This document shows, in pieces, positions 52,727-62,031 of a stretch of 64,000 nucleotides of DNA. A program made the translations under genes and the position numbers. The stretch is from an uncultured Spirochaetota bacterium (GTDB lineage Bacteria; Spirochaetota; Spirochaetia; SZUA-6; Fen-1364): assembly GCA_963745235.1 (NCBI GenBank), contig CAVUXE010000015.1:128001-192000 (forward strand), read 5' to 3'. The notes beneath the pieces are model-generated. The model worked only from the letters and a program-made list of their open reading frames with translations. It did no database searches and had not been told where the DNA came from. The first letter of the stretch is position 1, and each line of letters starts with the position of its first letter.

Positions 52727-52914
52727 CCCTCGCCCTTCAACTTCTCCGGGGTAGCCTCACCCAGAAGAAGCTTGCAGATGTTCTTGTACCCGACCTTGCG
52801 CCACGTGCGCAGGATATCCGCAAACTGCTCGTATGCCTGGGGTTGGTCTCCCTTGAGCTTTTCCAGGCGGGCGAGCACCTCACGAAGATCCTCCAGGGAA
52901 GCAAGCGCAGCCAT
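52723..52914 (-). CDS. small conserved-looking hypothetical protein
   Basis: GGAGGA SD; RKVGYKNICKLLLGEATPEKLKG; coupled to next gene. Confidence 0.6.
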   Translation of the reverse strand: MAALASLEDLREVLARLEKLKGDQPQAYEQFADILRTWRKVGYKNICKLLLGEATPEKLKGEG

Positions 52915-52931
52915 CCGTTCCTCCGTTTCCT

Positions 52932-53396
52932 TCACACCGAAGTAAAGGACTCAACTGTCCTGGCGTCCAGCCGGCGCACGACCTCCGTGACCAGGCTGAC
53001 CGCGTTGTCAACGTCCTCCAGGCTCAGCATCCCGACGTGGGAATGTACGTGCCGTGTCGGCACCGCAAGCACGACGGCAGGGCACCCCGCGTTGGCCTGG
53101 TGGATGGCCCCCCATCTGTCCCTCCGCCCCTCATCTGGGAGAGCTGGCAGGAAATCTTTGATTCCTCCGCAGTGCGGATGATGAGCTCTTTCAAGCCCCG
53201 ATTGGGAATGAGGGAGGCGTCGAACGTGATCGGGCAGAATAACGACGGGACCGCCGGTCCCGAGACGATCGTTCCTGATCTCATCAGCAAAGGGCTGGAC
53301 GTACTGCTTGACCGTCCGCACGGGCTCCGCCTCGAACTCTGAAGGTCCGAAGGATTCGGAAAGTCTTTTCAGGAAATCAAGCGCTTTTGCTTCCAT
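52932..53396 (-). pseudogene. M42 aminopeptidase/endoglucanase relic with large internal deletion
   Basis: N-terminus FGPSEFE...DRLG joined directly to C-terminal GGGTDGG and VPTRHVHSH motifs in mixed frames. Confidence 0.75.
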
Positions 53397-53465
53397 GACC
53401 GCGTTTAAGATATGGTCCGCTCCGGAGGCTTGTCAAGGCGAACAGAAAACGGATACTCGGTAGCC

Positions 53466-54673
53466 GTGACCGAAAAGCTCTTCTATCATGATCCCTCCCT
53501 CCTTGAGTTCGACGCCACCATCATCAGTGACAGGGTGAACGGCGCGCTGCATGAGGTGGTGCTTGATCGCACGTGCTTCTTCCCTGGCGGCGGAGGCCAG
53601 CCGGCAGACAGGGGCATGCTCGGCGGTGCCCGCGTTGTTGACATGAAGGAGCAGGAAGAGGACGTTGTGCACGTGGTGGATGCGCCCCCGGGCAACTCTC
53701 TGCAGGGGCCTGTCCGTGGGGTCGTGGACGCAGCCAGGCGCCGTGATTTCATGGCGCAGCACACCGGCGAGCACATCCTGGCCCAGGCCTTGCTCAGGGC
53801 GGGCGGGCTGCGGACCGTCTCGGTTCATTTCGGCGAGGACACGACCACCATCGAGCTGGAGACTCCCACGATCGGGGAAGACGTTCTCCAGCGCGCGGAG
53901 GAGCTCGCCAACTCCGCCATCATGGAAAACCACAGGGTGATCATCCACGAGGTGGATCATTCCGAGGCCTCGCGGTTCCCGCTGCGCCGAAAGCCACCTG
54001 AGGTCGGGACTCTTCGCATCGTCGAAATCGAAGGCTGGGACTGGGTGGGCTGCAGCGGCATCCACGTTCCTTCGACGGGACACGTTCTCCTTGTCAAGAT
54101 AGTCGGTCAGGAAAAGATGAGAGGGCACGCGCGGATCCATGCCATCATCGGCGCCCGGGCGCTGGCTGACTACGGGCGAAAGGCCGCTTTGACGCAGGCC
54201 CTCGACCGGCTCCTCACCTGCGGGGAGGAGAGCGTCCTTTCACGCGTGGAGGAACTGGCGCGAAGCGCGAAAGGGAGGGAGCGGGAGCTCGGCAGGCTGC
54301 GGCTGGAACGGGCGGCAGCGGACGCGGATGCCGCCGCCGCAAAGGCGCCGCGCGTGGCGGAAGCGCTCATCGTCAGTGGGGTGTTCGACGGCGTTGGCCC
54401 GGAGTATCTGAAGGCGTTCGTGGAGCGAATCGTTGCTTCACCGGGCAGGGCCGCCATTGCGATGGACCGCTCCCCCGACGCCTTCCAGTGGATCGTGGCG
54501 CATTCGCTGGGCGAACGCCTGGAGCTTCCGAAGGTCGTGACACCGCTCCTGGGGCCGGCCGGCGCCAAGGGGGGCGGTCGCGGCGCGTGGATGCAGGGGG
54601 CCGGCCGGCGGCAGCGGGCGCCGCTGCCTTTGCGAGCGCGCTGGAGGAGGCGCTGTCCCAGGCGCTGCGGTGA
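53466..54673 (+). CDS. AlaX-like alanyl-tRNA editing protein with DHHA1 tail (frameshift near 54605)
   Basis: LDRTCFFPGGGGQPAD, QHTGEHIL, CSGIHV, KGGGRG; C-terminus ALEEALSQALR* in another frame. Confidence 0.85.
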
Positions 54674-54737
54674 ACCGCGGAGGCAGCCTTGCGTCGTCCC
54701 GCTGCCTGCTCTACTATGCGCCCAAAGGGGGGCCGCG

Positions 54738-55340
54738 ATGAAGCTGCGCATCCGCTACAATTCTCCCGTCATCCTGTCCTTTGCCATTATCGCCGCGCTC
54801 GTGCTGCTCATCGACCAGATCTCCGGCGGGGTCTTCATCCGCACGTTCTTCGTGCTGTACCCCGACTGGAGCTTTGCCTCCCCCCTCTCATGGCTTCGCC
54901 TGTTCTCCTACGTTATTGGCCATGCAAACTGGAACCACCTGATCAGCAACTTCTCCTTCATCCTCCTCATCGGCCCCGTGCTGGAGGAGAAATACGGCTC
55001 CCTGCCCCTGCTCCTGATGATGCTGGTCACCGCGGTAGCAACGGCCATCCTGAACATCCTTGTCGTGCGGACGGGCCTCTACGGCGCGAGCGGAATCGTT
55101 TTCATGCTGATCCTGCTCAGCTCCTTCACGAACATCCGCCAGGGGGAGATACCGCTCACCTTCATCCTCATCATCGCCCTGTACCTGGTGAGGGAGTTCG
55201 TGAACGCCCTGACGCCCAGCACCGTGTCCCAGCTGGCGCACATCGTTGGCGGAATCATCGGCGGCATGTTCGGATTCATCATATCGCGGTCCGAGCGGAC
55301 GCCGGCCATTCCAGCGGGCCGGCCCGAAACAAAGGAGTAG
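54738..55340 (+). CDS. rhomboid family intramembrane serine protease
   Basis: GHANWNHLISN, LEEKYG, GASGIVF, QLAHIVGG. Confidence 0.9.
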   Translation: MKLRIRYNSPVILSFAIIAALVLLIDQISGGVFIRTFFVLYPDWSFASPLSWLRLFSYVIGHANWNHLISNFSFILLIGPVLEEKYGSLPLLLMMLVTAVATAILNILVVRTGLYGASGIVFMLILLSSFTNIRQGEIPLTFILIIALYLVREFVNALTPSTVSQLAHIVGGIIGGMFGFIISRSERTPAIPAGRPETKE

Positions 55341-55343
55341 CAC

Positions 55344-57431
55344 ATGCTGACCCTTCCAACGCGCATCGCCGCCCTTGCGATCCTGGTCTCCTGCGCTGTC
55401 CCCGCGGCCCTCAGCTCCCAGGCAAGCGCCTCCGGCTCCCAGGAAGAAAAAGACGTCACCGTACCTCTCACCAGGCTCGTCCTGTTCACAAGCGGCGTCG
55501 GGTATTTCCAGCACGACGGTGTCGTGGACGGCAACGCGCGCATGGAGCTGACCTTTTCCACAAGCCAGATCAACGACCTGCTGAAAAGCCTCGTCCTGCG
55601 CGACATGGACGGCGGGTCGGTCTCCAGCGTCACCTATTCCTCACGGGACCCCATAACCCGCACCCTCAAGGGCTTTTCCCTGGACCTGACGAGCAACCCC
55701 TCCCTCACGGCGCTCCTTGCCCAGGCGCGGGGCGAGCCCGTGGAAGCCACGCTCACCGGTGGAACGAAAGTGACCGGGGCCATCGTCGGGGTCGAAACGC
55801 GGCAGGTGGCATCCTCGGGGAAGGAGCCGGTCTCTGCTGACTTCGTCACCCTCAACACCTCCACGGGCATCTCCAGCCTCGCCTTGTCCGACATCGGCGG
55901 GATCCGTTTCCTGCGCAAGGAGCTGCAAGACGACCTCGCGCAGGCCCTCCAAGTGCTTTCCTCGTCCCACGGCGTGGAGAAGAAGAAGCTGGTCCTGCAT
56001 TTCAGCGGAAACGGCAGGCGCCGCGTGAGCCTGGGCTACATCCTGGAGTCCCCCGTCTGGAAGACGAGCTACCGCCTGGTGCTCGGCGACAACTCCACCC
56101 ACCTGCTGCAGGGGTGGGCGCTGGTGGAAAACACCACGGATGGGGACTGGAAGAATGTCGGCCTGAGCCTCGTTTCGGGACGCCCCATCACGTTCACAAT
56201 GGACCTGTATCAACCCCTGTACATCCAGAGGCCGGAGGTACAGCTCGAGCTGTACCAGTCCCTGGTCCCCAAGACCAACGAGATGGCGATGGAAGAAAGC
56301 CAGGCGGACAAGGAGGAAGCGGCTCCGGAGGCCGCCTCCGCGCCGGCCCAGCCCCCGGCATCCCCCGTGGCCAAAGCGTTGCGATCCGCGGCCCGAGCTT
56401 TTGGCGCGCCAGGGGGCACCGGCGAGGGGTTTTCCATCTCGCAGGGGGTGACTGCCGCAGCCCAGGCGGGTCAGGTCGGCGACCTCTTCCAGTATTCAAT
56501 CGAGAAACCCGTGACCCTTCCGCGGCAGCAGTCAGCAATGCTGCCTATCGTGAACCAGCAGGTGAGCGGTGAGAGGGTATCCCTCTACAACGAAGCCACG
56601 CAGCCCAAGTACCCGCTGAACGCCGTCCAGCTGAAGAACACGAGCAGCCTCCATCTCATGCAGGGTCCCATCACGGTGTTCGACCAGGGCAGCTACGCCG
56701 GTGACGCAGAGATCAGCGATCTCCCGCCCGGCGGGACACAGCTCATTACGTACGCCATGGACCTCGACACGGAGGTGGAAGCGGTCCCCGGGCCGGCCCC
56801 GGAAAGCCTCGTGTCTGTGAGGATCTCCAAAGGGCTCTTCTTTTACACGAACAAACAGCAGATGGAGCGGGTGTACAACGTGAAGAACCGAGGGACGAAA
56901 GACCGGACTGTGCTCATCGAGCACCCGTTCCTGCCGGACTGGACCCTGGTCAGCCCCAAGGAGCCGACTGAGCGCACGCGGGACGTGTATCGATTCTCCC
57001 TTCCCGTGGGGGCGGGGAAGACGGGCACGCTCTCCGTGGTGCAGACGCGCACCGTTGACCAGAGCGTCTCCCTCTCCACCCTTTCCGGCGACCAGGTCGC
57101 ATTCTACGTCAGGAGCTCTGTTGTCAGCCCGGCAGTGAAAGCCGCCCTTCAGAAACTCTCCGCCCTGATGCAGAAGCTGTCGGACACCGCGTCCCAACGC
57201 TCGCGCGCGGAGGCCCGCGTCAGTGAGATCTCCCAGGACCAGGCGCGCATCCGGGCCAACATGGAACGGCTGTCGCAGACCTCGGACCTGTACAAGCGAT
57301 ACGTCAAGAGCCTCACCGACGAGGAGGACGAGCTTGCGCGGCTTTCTGACCAGATAGCGAAGCTTCGGGACCTGGAAGCCGCCCAGACAAAAGAGGCAAG
57401 CAATTTCATCCAGAGTGTGGACGCGCAGTAA
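55344..57431 (+). CDS. DUF4139/DUF4140-like exported protein
   Basis: LFTSGVGYF, INDLLKSL, PVWKTSYRL, LQGWALVEN..DW, QSAMLPI; C-terminal coiled coil. Confidence 0.8.
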   Translation: MLTLPTRIAALAILVSCAVPAALSSQASASGSQEEKDVTVPLTRLVLFTSGVGYFQHDGVVDGNARMELTFSTSQINDLLKSLVLRDMDGGSVSSVTYSSRDPITRTLKGFSLDLTSNPSLTALLAQARGEPVEATLTGGTKVTGAIVGVETRQVASSGKEPVSADFVTLNTSTGISSLALSDIGGIRFLRKELQDDLAQALQVLSSSHGVEKKKLVLHFSGNGRRRVSLGYILESPVWKTSYRLVLGDNSTHLLQGWALVENTTDGDWKNVGLSLVSGRPITFTMDLYQPLYIQRPEVQLELYQSLVPKTNEMAMEESQADKEEAAPEAASAPAQPPASPVAKALRSAARAFGAPGGTGEGFSISQGVTAAAQAGQVGDLFQYSIEKPVTLPRQQSAMLPIVNQQVSGERVSLYNEATQPKYPLNAVQLKNTSSLHLMQGPITVFDQGSYAGDAEISDLPPGGTQLITYAMDLDTEVEAVPGPAPESLVSVRISKGLFFYTNKQQMERVYNVKNRGTKDRTVLIEHPFLPDWTLVSPKEPTERTRDVYRFSLPVGAGKTGTLSVVQTRTVDQSVSLSTLSGDQVAFYVRSSVVSPAVKAALQKLSALMQKLSDTASQRSRAEARVSEISQDQARIRANMERLSQTSDLYKRYVKSLTDEEDELARLSDQIAKLRDLEAAQTKEASNFIQSVDAQ

Positions 57432-57735
57432 TAGCTCGTAGTCGACGCGGCTGGCCGAAGACCAAAGCTTCAGAGACGGCCAGGACGCACGTTCCGAGGC
57501 CTTGCAGTATCCTCTTTCCACACCCTGCCCCAGGCGCTAACCGGGATAAATCCGACGAAAGTGGACAGTGCCGCCATTATGGGTGGAAACATCTGCCCCC
57601 AGGGTTGAAAACTTCATTCAGCGGGGGTCGGCAGTTTTCCTCAAGGGAGAGGCCAGGACAAACGTCGGCTCCAGGGGGCTGTTGAACGCCGCGGAGCGCT
57701 CTGAAAATGACACTGCCACAGACAGGCCTGCCACA

Positions 57736-57771
57736 GAATTAGTTGACTTTGTCAACTAATTCCTGTATCAT
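57736..57771 (+). promoter_or_regulatory. MarR operator overlapping a sigma70 promoter
   Basis: GAATTAGTTGAC-TTT-GTCAACTAATTC (57736-57762); TTGACT, 17 nt, TATCAT (57766-57771). Confidence 0.8.
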
Positions 57772-57777
57772 GGATCC

Positions 57778-58221
57778 GTGACGGCACACGAAAAGGTCAT
57801 CGCCAGGATGCGGGGCTTCAACAGATTCTACACGGCTTTCCTCGGGGTACTCGATCGGCATTTCCTCGACAGCCCTTTTTCGCTGTCGGAAGTGAGGATC
57901 CTGTACGAGATTCGCCACGGCGCGGAGACTCTCGCCCGGGACATAGGGGCGTCCCTCGGTATTGACCCCGGCTACCTGAGCCGAATCATCGACTCGTTCT
58001 TCACGCGCGGGCTGGTCCGCAAATCCATCTCACACGAGGACCGGCGCCTTCACATCATCGCGCTCACGAGCAAGGGAAGGGAAGTATTCATGGAGCTCGA
58101 TGCGAGGTCCGTGCAATCGGTTGCTCGTGCCATCGAGCACCTTTCTCGACAGGAACAAGAGGAGCTGACGGGTCTCATGGAGAGAATCCGGGAGCTCTTA
58201 ACCAGGAGGACACCGGCGTGA
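57778..58221 (+). CDS. MarR family regulator
   Basis: RGFNRFYT, SLSEVRILYEI, DPGYLSRI, DRR..LTSKG. Confidence 0.9.
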   Translation: MTAHEKVIARMRGFNRFYTAFLGVLDRHFLDSPFSLSEVRILYEIRHGAETLARDIGASLGIDPGYLSRIIDSFFTRGLVRKSISHEDRRLHIIALTSKGREVFMELDARSVQSVARAIEHLSRQEQEELTGLMERIRELLTRRTPA

Positions 58222-58718
58222 AGAAGGTTTCCCTGCAGGACGTCTCCGTCAGGACCGAGCTTGGGCCGGGGGATATCGGATACGTGATCCATCGGCATGG
58301 CGCACTCTATGCCAGGGAGTACGGGTACGGACTGCAATTCGAGACGTATGTCGCCAAGGGGTTATGCGAGTTCGTGGAGCGCTTTGATCCCAGGACAAAC
58401 CGGGTCTGGATCTGCGAGCATGAAGCGCGGATCGTTGGCTTCCTCCTCCTGATGAACCGGGGAGAAGCCGCACAGCTGAGGTATTTCCTCATCGAGCCTG
58501 AATACAGGGGGATCGGCCTGGGCTCACGGCTCATGACGCTCTTCGTCGATTTCTTGAAGACCTGCGGCTACCGCAGCGCATACCTGTGGACAACGGATGA
58601 GCTCACCACTGCCGCTCGCCTGTACACGCGCTCTGGATTCACGCTCACGGAAGAGAAGGAGTCCATGGCGTTCGGCAAGTCGCTCACCGAAAGGCGATAC
58701 GACCTGGCTTTGACGTGA
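58218..58718 (+). CDS. GNAT family acetyltransferase
   Basis: PGDIGYVIHRHG, AQLRYFLIEPEYRGIGLG, AARLYTRSGF. Confidence 0.9.
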   Translation: MKKVSLQDVSVRTELGPGDIGYVIHRHGALYAREYGYGLQFETYVAKGLCEFVERFDPRTNRVWICEHEARIVGFLLLMNRGEAAQLRYFLIEPEYRGIGLGSRLMTLFVDFLKTCGYRSAYLWTTDELTTAARLYTRSGFTLTEEKESMAFGKSLTERRYDLALT

Positions 58719-58767
58719 CGAGAGAGCTCCTACCCCCTTCACGGACCCGCCGGACGTCTCGGTTGTC

Positions 58768-59052
58768 TTGGCTGAAGAGCGCTTGGCGATTCTGGCGGCG
58801 CTGCCCTTACGCATACGCCTGGTTGCGGAGACGCTCTACGTCATGGGCGCTCGCGTGAGCGAGGTTTACGGTGAGACGGGACCAGTTCTTAGCCAATCTC
58901 ACTTGGAGTCGCGTCCAAATCAGGAGAAGGAGCGCGCGATGTCCATCAAGTTCGTTCTTGCCGTTGAGGGGCACAGCGATAAGGCAACAACGCTGCGCCA
59001 CGACGTGCGCGACGGATTCAGCGATGTGGACCTGTTCGGGGAGGCGAAATAG
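58768..59052 (+). pseudogene. tyrosine recombinase relic with its centre replaced by a copy of the downstream gene start
   Basis: ETLYVMGARVSEV (box I-like) and GHSDKATTLRH (box II-like) flank the 76-bp repeat. Confidence 0.55.
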
Positions 59053-59226
59053 CGCAGCAGGCTTTTGGAAAACCTCGCCCGCCACGAGCGGGATTTCGAT
59101 ATCTTTCAAGGCGAGCGATTATGCGGCTCTGGAGGAATGAAGATCCAATCAGCCAATCTCACTTGGCGCCGAGTCCAAATCAGGAGAAGGAGCGCGCGAT
59201 GTCCATCAAGCTCGTTCTTGCAGTTG
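58891..59226 (+). repeat. about 76-bp direct repeat (58891-58966 and 59151-59226)
   Basis: AGCCAATCTCACTTGG...GTCCAAATCAGGAGAAGGAGCGCGCGATGTCCATCAAG.TCGTTCTTGC; about 5 mismatches. Confidence 0.9.
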
Positions 59227-59555
59227 TCCCGGTGAGCCACTTTGAAGCAGCCCGCGCCTGGTATGAACGTCTCTTTGGGCGCCCAGCCGACAACCTGCCC
59301 ATGGAGGGTCGCCTCGTCGAATGGCGGGTGACCGACAGTGGTTGGGTCCAGGTCACCCTCGACGCCGAACGCGCCGGCTCGGGCCTGTTGAACTTTGCGG
59401 TGGACGACTTGGTCCGGCATATTGCAGACGTCTCCGGGAGGGGCTTGGCCCCAGGAGCGGTCGAAATGGTGAACAAAGGCGTGCAGTTGTCTGCCATCAC
59501 GGATCCCGACGGCAACAGGATCACCTTCATCGGGAACTTCCGTATCAAGTATTAA
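59199..59555 (+). CDS. VOC/glyoxalase family protein
   Basis: AARAWYERLFGRPAD, FAVDDL, TDPDGNRITF. Confidence 0.88.
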   Translation: MSIKLVLAVVPVSHFEAARAWYERLFGRPADNLPMEGRLVEWRVTDSGWVQVTLDAERAGSGLLNFAVDDLVRHIADVSGRGLAPGAVEMVNKGVQLSAITDPDGNRITFIGNFRIKY

Positions 59556-59604
59556 AGGCATCCTTCTGACGACGACACCGCGCACTCACGAATAGGAGTT
59601 GTCC

Positions 59605-60078
59605 ATGTCGGTAGTAATCCGCCAGCTTTCTTCCGATGACGTCGCGCTGATGGAGGCCTTGTCAGCTACCTTTGGCAAAGCCTTTAACGACATGCCCACT
59701 TACGCGGGGGCTCGTCCGGGCGAGGACTACCTACGGAGACTGCTCGGAGGCGACTCCTTCATCGCCCTGGCCGCCTTAAAGGACGACATTGTTGTCGGCG
59801 GTATGGCGGCGTACGAACTCAGGAAGTTCGAGCAAGAGCGCAGCGAAATCTACATCTACGACCTGGCAGTTTCAGCTGAGCACCGGCGGGAAGGAATTGC
59901 GACATCATTGATCGAAGAACTGAAGAAGGTCGCAGTTAAGCGCGGAGCCTATGTGATTTTTGTCCAGGCCGACAGGGGTGTTGAAGACGAGCCTGCGATC
60001 GCATTGTATACCAAATTGGGAGTGCGCGAGGATGTTCTCCACTTTGACATTACGGTTGCGGACGGCACGAATTGTTGA
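59605..60078 (+). CDS. aac(3)-I: AAC(3)-I family aminoglycoside 3-N-acetyltransferase
   Basis: FIALAA...AAYELRKFEQERSEIYIYDLAV..HRREGIAT...YVIFVQAD..DEPAIALYTKLG.REDVLHFDI. Confidence 0.9.
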   Translation: MSVVIRQLSSDDVALMEALSATFGKAFNDMPTYAGARPGEDYLRRLLGGDSFIALAALKDDIVVGGMAAYELRKFEQERSEIYIYDLAVSAEHRREGIATSLIEELKKVAVKRGAYVIFVQADRGVEDEPAIALYTKLGVREDVLHFDITVADGTNC

Positions 60079-60526
60079 CAGGGTTGACTGGCAGTAATGT
60101 ATTTGCAGAAAGTGGGATTTGACCTTACAGACAGCCCCACAAGGTATGATTCGATCGGACAGAAGCATGTTTTTCCATGCCAGTGATTTGGGACGCGGCT
60201 TGGCTCCGTTTGCGTGGGCCACATGTTCACGCCATCCCCGCTGGAAGAAGCTGAGACGGACGTGGACAGGGCGTCTCCGCGAGGCTTTTGTACGTCGGCT
60301 GAGGCTGCTTTTGCCTTGGCGAGGGTCGCGGTGCTGCCTCTCCGCAAGAGTTCAGCCGCACTCCGACCTCCCAGGTTCCACAAAACCTCGGAGAAGATCG
60401 AATCGGCCCACTTCGCCATCACTGGCTACGAGTCGGCCTTTCGGGCATCCATCCCGCGGCGCACCGTGGGAGCCTACGGCCGACTTCGCCATCCCTGGCT
60501 ACAGCACTTCAGCGGTCCGTCCGACA

Positions 60527-61012
60527 ATGGAAGTGGGACGGAGCACGGAGAAAGTGTCTGAAATTGCGCTGCAACCTGCCGAGGCGGGCTTCTCTCAGGA
60601 CGCGGAAATCCTCAAGATCATCACCGAGCTGCGGGACGTGTTCGAGAACAATTTCGACCGCACCTGGTTCAGCCTGATCCTGGACGGGATACCGATAGAC
60701 CTGCGCACGGTGCGCAACATCCGCGAGCTCGTTTCCCTCACCTCCCTCTACCCGGGGGAGGAGTGGCAGATCCTGCGGGGCATCCAGGAGCTGGAAGCCT
60801 TCTACGTGACCGTGAAGAGATTTCTCCTGCCGGTGCTCAAGGAGAGGCTGGGCATCTCCTGGCTGCTGCCGCAGAGCAGGGTCAGGGACCCCCACCAGTA
60901 CATCCTTCGAAAGTTCGTTGCATTCACGTTTCCCTACAACCTCGAGCGCCTGCGCCGGCTCACCACGAAGCTGAAATCCCGTCTCCTGCTGTACTATCCG
61001 TCTCTGTCCTGA
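60527..61012 (+). CDS. hypothetical protein
   Basis: Host-like codon usage, helical composition, directly upstream of the MoxR gene. Confidence 0.65.
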   Translation: MEVGRSTEKVSEIALQPAEAGFSQDAEILKIITELRDVFENNFDRTWFSLILDGIPIDLRTVRNIRELVSLTSLYPGEEWQILRGIQELEAFYVTVKRFLLPVLKERLGISWLLPQSRVRDPHQYILRKFVAFTFPYNLERLRRLTTKLKSRLLLYYPSLS

Positions 61013-61031
61013 CTGTGGTACATTGCCGGTG

Positions 61032-62021
61032 ATGGGTGACTCCGCCTCACCTGTGCGGCCCACGCTCGATTTCACCGCATCCCATGCGCTGTCGCGCCGG
61101 CTCATCGAGGGGTTGGAGACAGTCATCCGCGGCAAGAGATCGGTCCTGGAGTTCCTGGTGACCTGCATTCTTGCCGGCGGCCACCTCCTGATAGAAGACG
61201 TGCCGGGCCTCGGCAAGACGACACTGGCAAAAACAGTGGCGCGCCTCGTTTCCCGCTCCCGGAAGGGCAGCCACGTGGTCTTCCGCCGAATCCAGTTCAC
61301 CCCGGATCTTCTGCCCTACGACATAACGGGCGTGGACGTCTTTGACCCCTCCACGGGTACGTTCGTATTTTCCCCGGGGCCGGTCTTCACGAATGTCCTT
61401 CTTGCGGACGAGATCAACCGCACCACGCCCAAGGTCCAGTCCGCGCTCCTGGAGGTGATGGCGGAAGGCCAGGTGACAATCGGGAACAAGACCCACCGCA
61501 TGGATCCGTTCTTTTTCGTGATTGCCACGCAGAACCCGGTTGAGGTGGAGGGGGTCTATCCCCTGCCGCTGGCGCAGATCGACCGGTTTCTGATGAAGCT
61601 TCGTGTCGGCTACCCTGAGGCAGAGGTGGAAGTGGAGATCGTTCGGGACGATCCCTCCCACACCGTGATGCCCGAGATCCAGGCGGTGTGCGGCAGGGAT
61701 GAGATCCTTGGCGCCCGTGACGCGGTGGGCCGCGTGTTCTGTGACGAGAAGCTTGTCCGTGCAGCCGTCGGCGTCTCTGCCGCCACGCGCACCCACCCCG
61801 GCATTGCCCTGGGCTCCTCTCCGCGAGGAAGCCTGATGCTGGTGCGGGCGGCGCGGGCGCTGGCGCTGGTCAGGGACAGGGAGTATGTCATCGACCAGGA
61901 CCTGATAGACCTTGTTCCCCTTGTCATTTCCCACCGCCTGCGGATGAAAGACGCCCGGATGGACCCTGAGGCAGTTGCCCGAGAGATTACCATGTCCCAA
62001 CTTTCCCGCATGCCGTATTGA
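61032..62021 (+). CDS. moxR: MoxR family AAA+ ATPase
   Basis: EDVPGLGKT, RIQFTPDLLP, LADEINR, ATQNP, LPLAQIDRF, SPRGS. Confidence 0.95.
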   Translation: MGDSASPVRPTLDFTASHALSRRLIEGLETVIRGKRSVLEFLVTCILAGGHLLIEDVPGLGKTTLAKTVARLVSRSRKGSHVVFRRIQFTPDLLPYDITGVDVFDPSTGTFVFSPGPVFTNVLLADEINRTTPKVQSALLEVMAEGQVTIGNKTHRMDPFFFVIATQNPVEVEGVYPLPLAQIDRFLMKLRVGYPEAEVEVEIVRDDPSHTVMPEIQAVCGRDEILGARDAVGRVFCDEKLVRAAVGVSAATRTHPGIALGSSPRGSLMLVRAARALALVRDREYVIDQDLIDLVPLVISHRLRMKDARMDPEAVAREITMSQLSRMPY

Positions 62022-62031
62022 GCCCGCCTTC

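Noticed and set aside
53412-55340. AlaX-rhomboid fusion shown in the ORF track
   Set aside because: The AlaX C-terminus continues in another frame to a stop at 54673, the linker is nonsense-like, and the rhomboid has its own SD and ATG at 54738; most likely an indel artefact.
59555-60200. attC sites after the VOC and aac(3)-I genes
   Set aside because: No RYYYAAC...GTTRRRY pair with a complementary stem could be found by eye.
60214-60561. 115-aa ORF between aac(3)-I and the 60527 gene
   Set aside because: No SD, no motif and atypical composition; possibly a remnant but unsupported.
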